Shown here: one piece after another, positions 54,627 through 64,000 of the stretch
Numbering within the stretch: position 1 is the stretch's first letter
Layout of the letters: each line of letters starts with the position of its first letter
Assembly: GCA_951406725.2 (NCBI GenBank)
Contig: OX597816.1
Location: 115,010,001 to 115,074,000, forward strand
Source of the DNA: Octopus vulgaris
Lineage: Eukaryota
Length of the DNA stretch: 64,000 nt
Reading direction: 5' to 3'
Program-made: the position numbers and the translations under genes
The notes under the pieces: model-generated
What the model was told of the DNA's origin: nothing
The model's database searches: none
What the model saw: only the letters and a program-made list of their open reading frames with translations

Positions 54627-55450
54627 CTCTTTTGGTGAATGGTGAATCTTGAAGCAAATAAATCTATAAAGAATAGCAATTAAATATTGGGTTAAAAACC
54701 CTAAGGAAACATGTCTTGGTATGAAAATATATCACCTCAATAGAAACAAATTGTTGTTGACTTAGGACCTATCCAACCTACAACTAATCAGCTTTACAAT
54801 GATTGGCTTGCCAGCTCCAGGTAGCAATAATAAATAGTCCAGTTGAAATCTAATGGGCTTAATTTCTTAGAAATTAACATGTCTATGTATGATGTCAGCT
54901 AACTAACGCTTTCTCCCAGTTTGGTTATTGATCACCACTGTGTTGGATGACTGTCCTATTGAGGTAACCTCATATTTGTTTATGAGACAACTGCTTGAGA
55001 CACTGAAAGTTTTGACTAATGCCAGTATAATACAGAATGCTGTGTGTGACTTTTACCTGAGAATGTACATTAAGAATGTAAAAATATTAAAACAAAGCTA
55101 TGTAGGCTTATAGGCTGACTTATGACCAAATCGACTTACAACCAGTCAGTTGGAACCAACTGTGATCATAAGTCAATGACGACATGTATACTAACTAAAA
55201 TATAAAATTTCAAGGACCTTTTAGTCTTGATGCCATGAGAAAAGTACTGAGTATATTCTGTTGAGTGGTTGATGTTAGAAAGGGTGTGCAGTTGTAGAAA
55301 CCATGCCAAAAATGAAATATGATGGAGGGAGATGCAGTTCTTCTGACCTGTCAAGGTGGGCTATACTCCACAAATATGTGTTGACTATAATTGTGGTGAC
55401 TCATCCAACTCAGGCTAGCAGGTAAAACAAACATCTATGTTGAGGAGCTG

Positions 55451-55500
<50 letters not shown>

Positions 55501-55560
55501 TGTATGTATATGTATATGTACATAGATATATGTATATGTACATATATATATGTATATATA

Positions 55561-56671
55561 TTGGGTTGGCAACTAAATTCCTGCCGTTTTTTTTAATTTT
55601 GGAATCGATTTTTTTCTAGTTAATTTTAGTTAATTTTTGTTTATTTTCAGATCATTAAAATGGACTGTCAAGTTAAGAAAAACGAACATTTTTGACACCT
55701 CCTTCTTTTTGCTTTTAATCAAGGCTCTAAGGCCATAAAAGTTGCTGTGTATGGAGAGGGTGCCATACCTGAAAGAACCACTCATGATTGATATGCCAAC
55801 TTCAAAAATGGAAATTTTGACCTCAAAGACACACTTCATTCTGGCCATCCAGTTGAGTTCAATGAAGAGCGATTAAACCAACTTTTGTCAAACGACAAGA
55901 GAACTGGCAGAGAAAATGGAAGGCTCCTACACTGCTATAGAGAAGTATCTTCACTCGATGGGAAAGGTTCAGAAGTATGGAGCATAGGCTTCACATGCTT
56001 TAAGTGACAACAACAAAAATCAATGAGCCACAATCTCTGCTAGTTTGCTTGTTCATCACCACTCAACTCATGGACACGAGCAACGATTTCTCTACTGAAA
56101 CATTATTGGCGAGGAAAAATAGTGCCTGTACATCAATATGAGGCAATGTAAGGAATGGCTTAACCCTGGTAAACAAATGACACTGTGTGTGAGACAAGAT
56201 CTTCATCTACATAAAACTATGTTGTGCGTATGGTGGGACTGGAATGGGATTATCCATTACAAATTGCTTGAACAGAACCAAATGGTCAACTCTATGTTCA
56301 ACAGATGGAATGACTCAACATGGCTATTCAAGAGAAACGGCCTAATCGTCAGCATGGAGTTCTTCTGCTGCACGACAACGTCCACCCTCATATCGCCAAT
56401 ATGACCAAGGAAGGCATTCAAATGCATGGCTGGTAAGTGCATGGAGTTTCGTTCAATACTGATGAAGAATTGAGAGCTTGGTTGGATCAATTTTTCGAGT
56501 CGAAATCAGGGGATTTCTACCAACGAGGTTTTGAAAATCTTGTTTAACATTGGGGAGAAGTTGTAAGCAACAAGGGTGAATACATTATTGATTAATTAGC
56601 TGTTATTTTTTATTAAATATTAAAAAAAAAATTTAAATAAAAAAACGGCAGGAAGTTAGTTGTCAACCTAA
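55561..56671 (+). mobile_element. Mariner transposon, mellifera-like, decayed with an internal deletion
   Basis: TIR TTGGGTTGGCAACTAA..CCTGCCGTTTT / AAAACGGCAGGAAGTTAGTTGTCAACCTAA with TA flanks; MDCQVKKNEHF, KTMLCVWWDWNGIIHY, LLLHDN. Confidence 0.92.
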
Positions 56672-56832
56672 TATATATTATATATATATATAACTTATAA
56701 ATAAGGGCAAACGAAAAAATTTTCTAATGCCAAATATGCCGAAATTGAACATATTGTCCATAACCATATAATTTTTCACAATACGCACGCTACTCGAAAA
56801 AGGTCGACAGAAATTTATAAAAAATTCCATTA

Positions 56833-56892
56833 TTACCATATCGGACCGATTTCAAGGTTAGTTCGTAAGAACCCTCCCTTCGTCAGTGATAA
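56833..56892 (-). ncRNA. Type I hammerhead ribozyme
   Basis: TTATCA-CTGACGA-A-GGG..GTTC ttac GAAC..CCTT-GAAA-TCGG t CCGA-TA^TGGTAA. Confidence 0.82.
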
Positions 56893-57312
56893 ATGTGGCA
56901 AAGAAATAAATGAGATACTTACTCATACCCATGGAAGAAGCAAAACACTAAGTCATGAGCACAATTAAGTACCCCAAATACATCCAAAATAGAAATACTC
57001 CAGCCCATTCAAGACACGTGCGATTTGAACTGAGGCTCTCACAGAGTGAGTGTGTCCGAAAGTGAACACTAATTAAATTTATATTTAATGTAGGATAACA
57101 TGTTTTCCAAAAATTTTTTATCAATGGCCAGCATATTAAAAAATACCTTTAAAGGTTAAAATTATAATCAAGTTATAAATAAGGGCAAACGAAAAAATTT
57201 TCTAATGCCAAATATGCTGAAATTGGACATATTGTCCATAACCATATAATTTTTCATAATAAGCACGCTACTCGAAAAAAAGGTTGACAGAAGTTTATAA
57301 AAAGTTCCATTA

Positions 57313-57372
57313 TTACCATATCGGACCGATTTCAGTGTTAGTTCGTAAGAACCCTCCCTTCGTCAGTGATAA
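57313..57372 (-). ncRNA. Type I hammerhead ribozyme, second tandem copy
   Basis: Same core 480 nt upstream on the minus strand; base of helix II weakened (CACT). Confidence 0.75.
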
Positions 57373-57544
57373 ATTGTGAAAAATTATATGGTCATGGACA
57401 ATACGTCTAATTTCGGCATATTTGGCATTAGAAAATTTTTTCATTTGCCCTTATTTATAAGTTGTTTATAATTTTAACCTTTAAAGGTATTTTTTAATAT
57501 GCTGGCCATTGATAAAAATATTTTTCGAAAGAATTTTATCCTAC

Positions 57545-57601
<57 letters not shown>

Positions 57602-57621
57602 TATATATATATATATATATA

Positions 57622-58448
57622 TAGGGTACAGTGAAGAATTTGTTGTCTAAATTATGCAATAATGAAAATAACATCTCGTTTAAACAGATTATTTACCAAA
57701 GTTACATAAAAATATCTTGAAATACTTAAGAGTAAATTTATCAAATAAAATCGCCATTGGTTTCAACCTCAGCCTACAGACGACTTCGGAATCTCCTGCA
57801 ACGCTTCTGGATGGTCTCTTTGTTTAAGTTGGTGAATGCTGCCATAATCCTTGCCTTCAGTTTATCTTTGGTGTTACAAGGAGTTTTGTTCGTCTCTCGC
57901 TCAACTGCACCCCAAGCATAATAATCAAGGGGGTTGTAGTCTGGGGAGTTAGGTGGCCAGATGTTAGGGGTGATGTGGTCGCAGAAATTATCTGACAGCT
58001 ATGACTGGGTTCTCCTACTTGTGTAGCATGGTGCAGAATCCTGTTGCCAGACATAGGGTCTTCTAGTAGCTACCCATTTCATCCAGGGCAGCACTATCTC
58101 CTCCAGGCACTTGATGTAGGCCTGTGTTTTGAGACTCCAACCACCATGATGTTGACTAGATGTTTGATTTTTATCACTCTTGGCTCATGTCCTCAGATTG
58201 CACTGTCCTCAGAATGACAACCAAACACTCTGAAATGTTCATATTGGAGCTTCTAGTGTGAATGCCAAGCAGTATGGCATGTCGTTTCCAAATTTCTGGC
58301 ACAGTGAATTGCGTTATGCTGGTCTTTTTCTCACAGATGGTGCCCTACTGACCCTACTCTACTGTGTAGTCAACAAAATAAAAAACAAACAATGCAAATG
58401 TGTGGAATCAGAAATATAAAATGGCGACAATTTACCCATCGCAATCTG
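57622..58448 (-). mobile_element. Second internally deleted maT (DD37D) transposon
   Basis: WQQDSAPCYTS..WPPNSPDYNPLDYY with 37 residues between the two aspartates; TA flanks. Confidence 0.88.
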
Positions 58449-58582
58449 TATATATATGTTTACAGCTTGTTAACTACATTATAATTTTCATAATTTGTTG
58501 AACACTTTTGGTGAAATATATACCCTGCTACAACAAATTATGGTGTATCCTGTGGAGTTTGTATGTGTTTTGTTACCTATCT

Positions 58583-58615
<33 letters not shown>

Positions 58616-58724
58616 GATACACACACACACACACACACAGATACGCACATATAAACATACATGTATCACATACGCACAGAGACACACATGCATGCTCACA
58701 CACACACGAATAAACATATTTCAT

Positions 58725-58767
<43 letters not shown>

Positions 58768-58928
58768 CACACACATCCATATATACATATAATTGTCTAT
58801 GGGTGAGTTTGTACTTATATATATACATAAAAGCATACATACATACATGTGTACACACACACACACACACATATATATAGATAGATAGATATACATATAT
58901 TTACATGCATATATGCACATGCATGCAT

Positions 58929-58972
<44 letters not shown>

Positions 58973-59488
58973 CATTCCTTCATTCCAGCATATAATTTGA
59001 TAGGTTGATGATGATAGTTGCTGTTTAGCAAATGAGGAATCTCCTAAAAGCCATCGACGAAAATCTTAAACATTCATTTATTTACTGTGTTGCCATCTTT
59101 TTGTTTTTGCTTCATTCTTGGAAGATTTCAATAAGAGATCAAGGTAGGTGTGTCTGTATATTTGTGTGAATGTGTGCTCAAGAAGGCTTGGAAAGGACTA
59201 TATTTATGTTTTATATTGTTGTTATGTAATTTTAGTTAATTTTACATGTATGTTTACATATATATTTTTATTCTATTTTATTTTTTGAGTTCTTTATTTT
59301 ATATTTTCTTTCTCTTTTTTTCTTCTTTTTTTCGCTTCTTCTTAATGGTAGTCGCTTCTTTATTTTCCTACAACTTTTCCGTTTAGACTACAGAACAAGC
59401 CTTCCACTCTCACCTCTTTCCACCCATTCTTTGTTTCTCGTTGATTTTAGCTAATGCTATATTTGTTTTATTTACATTTGTTATTATT

Positions 59489-59541
<53 letters not shown>

Positions 59542-60086
59542 TTATACTTTTTTTCCTTTCTTGCTTAAGCTTTCAATAATTAATTCTATTCTAAGGTTTT
59601 GTTTGTCATCAGCAACAATTCCAAAAGATCGCTCTCAGACACTTACTTTCTTTCCTGTATAGTGCGGAGATTTCTGTTTCTTTTTTTTTTTTTTTCCTTT
59701 CTTCTTCAGAATCTCAGAGAAGAATATTCAAGATTTTAGCTTTCTTACAGCTTAGCTTTTCCTCAAGCTTCATCAACACATAAAACAAAATAACGAGTCA
59801 GAATACCATAATGTCTCTTGGTTTCTAAGCACAGAACTGCCTCAATTAAGAGGAAATAGGTCATTTTGTACAGCACAACAATCAATGGCATACATTAAAC
59901 ACATCACATCTACAATTTGTATTTTTGAGCTTTGATAATTAAAACATTTTTCTGATAAATATTCTTAATGATTTCTACTTTCTTCAACTTATTTAAATTT
60001 AAATAATTTCCTTTCCTTTGTATTTCTTTCTTTCTTTCTCCCTTCCTTTCTACATTTCTCTCTTAATTTTGGTGCTGTTGTTCTTC

Positions 60087-60130
<44 letters not shown>

Positions 60131-60819
60131 TAATAATAATAACAATCATAATAGTAATAATAATAACAACAACAACACCGACAACAATAATAATAATGGT
60201 CACCATTATTATTATTGTTATCATCATCATTTTGAAGTTGTTATTTTCGTGACATTTCTTTACTGCCTCAACTTTATATTTTGCAATTACTTAACATTAA
60301 TCATTTGTTTCAAATGGAAAGGACAAATGCTCAATAATGATAATAATGATAATAATAATTGTTGTAGTCAGTCATTAACATCATCAACTTCCTCATCACC
60401 ACCTTCATTCTTAATAATATTCATCATCATCATCATCGTGATCAAAAGGAAACTGAAGGTAAAATTTTCAAATAAAATATTATTAAAAGCATTTTACCAA
60501 GAGAAGATCAATGTTTTAATTTACATGAGAAAAACACATCTCTGCCACACATGCAGACACAATTACTCACACATGCACACACACACACACAGACACAGAC
60601 ACAGACACACAGACACACAGACACGCACACACACACACAGGAATATGCATATACATGCATACCCAGCAACCTACAAATATACATACATACATAAGTAAAT
60701 ACATACACACATAGATATACATACATGTATATCCACACAAATACATGTACAAACATATGTATTGTGACACAAAAATAATCATTAATTAAGTTCACAATCA
60801 TAATAACATGCATGCACAA

Positions 60820-60859
<40 letters not shown>

Positions 60860-61579
60860 TGAACACAAAACATACATAAATATCTATGCACCAGGGACTC
60901 ATGTTTCTACTCCATAGATGCTCATTATATATGCACATATACACATAAACATGCACGTTCACTATTACACATAAGCACACATCAATGAACATACTAATTT
61001 CAAAATGATCTTCCAGAACACAGACATCTTTAAGCATCAGGGTAAATTCTCCTGAATTCTTTTCTTTTAATTAGTCAGTCAGTGGTCCTGTAATTTGCAG
61101 TACCTTCTAAGACTTGTGGAATCAACAAGTTTGAGACCCACCTTTAATTTCTGTGGGTCAAAATTTACAAGAAAAACATTGGTCTCATTCCAATGTTTGC
61201 AACAAAGAAAACTTTTCAAAGAAACCCAGTCGCTAAAGATATATAATAATATGAATAAAGGATTACATAACTGAACACAATTGTAAGATATTAGACATTA
61301 TGAGAACCAATTTGAAATAGGTGTATTAATGAAGTTATAAATCCGTAGTTTGCCAGACAGGAACATTGCTAATTACAATATAGAATACCTACTAATCACT
61401 CTCTGTCTTAAATTATTTCTGCTGCTTTTTTTTTCATTGTCTTATTTATATTTCCATGAGATAATTAATCAGTTACTTAGCATAGCAGGATAAATTATAA
61501 CTCCACAAATGAATATCATTTATTATATATACTAATGTATCATCAAATGGCATTTATAATATTTAATATTACTTTCTTT

Positions 61580-62388
61580 AAGGTAGCAAGGTGGTACAAT
61601 TTTTAGAGGTGCTTGGCAAAATGCTCAGTAGAATTTTGTTCATTTTTATGTTCTGAGTTCAAATTCCACTGAGGTTGTCTTTCCCTTTCATATTTTCAGG
61701 TTTGATGAAATAAGTACTAATTGATGAGGGTGGTGAGCTGGCAGAATCATTAGCATGCTAAGGTGGTGAGCTGGCAGAAACGTTAGCATGCCAAACGAAA
61801 AGCGATATTTCATCTGCCATTAGGTTCTGAGTTCAAATTCTGTTGTGATTGACTTTGCCTTTCATCCTTTCGAGGTCGATAAATTAAGTACCGTTACACA
61901 CTGGGGTCGATGTAATTGACTTAATCCCTTTATCTGTCCTTGTTTGTTCCCTCTATGTTTAGCCCCTTGTGGGCAATAAACAAATAAGAAACATTAGCAC
62001 GCCGGCCGAAATGCTTGGCGGCATTTCATCTGTCTTTATGTTCTGAGTTCAAATTCTACCAAGGTTGACCTTGCCTTCCATCCTATTGGGGTCGAGAAAT
62101 TAAGTACCAGTTGCATATTGAGTCGATCTAATTGACTGGCTCCCTTCCCTCCAAATTTTGGGCCTTGTGCCTAGTGTAGAAAAAAGTATCATTAGCATGC
62201 TGGGCAAAATACTTTGTAGCATTTCATCTGTCTTTACATTTCTGAGTTCAATTTCTGCTGAGGTTGACTTAGCCTTTCATCCTTTTGGGGTCGATGGAAT
62301 AAGTACCAGCTGAGCACTGAGGTCATTGTAATCGTCTCACCCACTCCCCTGAAATTGCTGACCCTGTGCCAAAATTTGAATCCAATAT
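61580..62388 (+). mobile_element. Nested cluster of Nin-domain SINEs
   Basis: Several heads and cores; 14-bp TSD ATCATTAGCATGCT at 61746-61759 and 62188-62201. Confidence 0.85.
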
Positions 62389-62750
62389 TGCTTTTCTTAG
62401 AAATCCCTTGTGGTTCATTCATTCATAATAACTATAAAATAATTAAATGCTTTTCCCTAGAAAAGTTCATTGAAACTGGTGAGGTTTTATGTAGCAAATC
62501 AAACCAATCATTGCTGTGCAGTGGAATGATTCTACTACATAACCAGGTACTATATCTGATGCCCAGCCAATGGCTGTTTAAAATCATAAAGAGAAATAAG
62601 CATCATTTTAATTTCAGTTTCTAATTCTGGATAAGGATTAAATTTTTCCTGTCATTAATATACTATAATTTTCTCATATAAAATCTATCATTTTTTAATT
62701 TTTCCTACTGTTTTTACAGAGTAAAATAGTACACTTTATATTTTTTTCTA

Positions 62751-63106
62751 ATGCAGAATTGCACCTCACCTGGAAAAATGCATTTTCTTGAAAAATGCTT
62801 TTCGGTTTCCTACGTTTTAGATGTCAGAGATTATGAATATGCCCCATACAAACACCTTTTTAAATTTTCACCCCACCCTTCTTTCCCCTCCCCCCAATTT
62901 AAAATTTTGAAGTTTTTCTGAAACTTTGTTTTAAGACCTCCTTTTCCAAATTTAAAATGTCCACCACAACCTCCCCTTACTCCATTTCTGATTTTTTTTC
63001 AACAGGTTCCTATGTTTTCGATGATGAAGAATTTTGAATATGCAAGAAACCACGTTTTCTAAATTTTAAATTCTATAAGCACATAGATATGTGTATAAAG
63101 AGATAA

Positions 63107-63181
<75 letters not shown>

Positions 63182-63931
63182 TGAATAAACGGATAGGGAG
63201 AAATAGATAGACAGACAAATAAACAAATGGATGAAAAAGTTAAAAATTTAAACTTGGAGGAGGAGTAAAATTTGGGTCCCTTATTAAACTTTATATCATT
63301 AATTATCAAACATATTAATATTTGTTGTGTCTGGGGAGAGTCATTCTCTTTTAGTGCCTTATTATTTAACACACTCACTGGTAAAATTTACACTTCTTTC
63401 TTTTTTTTTTCTAAAATTTTCGTTGTGTCTTGCAACCTTTTCAATAGTCTTGACTCTGTCAGTTATGGACAGAGTCAAGACTATTGAAAAGGTTGCAAGA
63501 CAACGAAAAGTTTAGAAAATAAAAATAAGAAATAAGTGGAAATTTTACCGGTGAGTGTGTTAAATTATAAGGCACCAAAAGAGAATGACTCTCCCCAGAC
63601 ACAACAGAATATGCTTCAACACATGAACTCATATAAAGAATCTTGCAAACCAAATCCAAAAACGAAATATATTGTTTGTTTCTCATAAAATGGTGTATAT
63701 TTAATTTACACTTAATTATTAATTACAATTATTTAAGGCAAACACATGTAGAATGCAAATTTTTTTCACTTTAATGTTTTTGCCTATATTTAATTTCGAT
63801 TTGCATATGTTCATCAATTTACTACAATCTCTTTAAAGTAAACAAAATCAATTTTAGACAGCTAAAACATAGGAACCAGAAAAAGTTTTTAAAAAAAAAT
63901 GCATTTTTCCAGGAGAGGTGCAATTCTGCAG
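62751..63931. mobile_element. Non-coding TIR element (MITE-like, TA flanks) with an internal long hairpin
   Basis: ~75-bp TIRs (A/C)TGCAGAATTGCACCTC.CCTGGAAAAATGC; TA at 62749-62750 and 63932-63933; hairpin 63323-63606; (GATA)n 63107-63181. Confidence 0.82.
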
Positions 63932-64000
63932 TAGCCTGTCTTTTTTTATACTTTACATGGAAAAAGATTTATTCATTATTCAATGTAAAGCATAAGATGA

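Larger units (their letters stand above)
56695..57548 (-). mobile_element. Partial tandem 480-nt hammerhead repeat (retrozyme-like) with inverted 5' segment, in (TA)n
   Basis: Direct repeat with period ~480 (56695 vs 57173); inverted repeat 57086-57259 / 57374-57548. Confidence 0.85.

Noticed and set aside
59710-59739. Polypyrimidine tract plus AG followed by NLREEYSRF*
   Set aside because: Too short, with no upstream exons or homology; such acceptor-like sites are common by chance in this composition

Overview
This is very AT-rich, microsatellite-saturated eukaryotic DNA with no credible host gene, so it is intergenic or deep intronic. The SINE and LINE families resemble those of octopus (inferred from recognition, not a database search). 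Almost every ORF in the track is a translated microsatellite. The real content is a dense set of decayed transposons: tRNA-derived SINEs, RTE fragments, several R4/Dong-type REL retrotransposon 3' ends in (TAA)n tracts, a Penelope-like (PLE) RT remnant, mariner, maT and hAT DNA transposons, and MITEs. The main find is four unrelated families of short non-coding elements carrying minimal type I hammerhead ribozymes (HHR), mostly in (TA)n tracts and with PLE-style 5' inversions. They are: (1) an intact HHR at 34277-34321, followed by a covarying multi-hairpin motif also present at 40946-41045; (2) a tandem 480-nt retrozyme-like repeat at 56695-57548, with a divergent covarying copy at 43291-43720; (3) a tRNA-headed, HHR-tailed SINE with a TSD at 29011-29468; (4) an A6U HHR variant at 45973-46014. 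All folds were read by eye; none was computed or tested.
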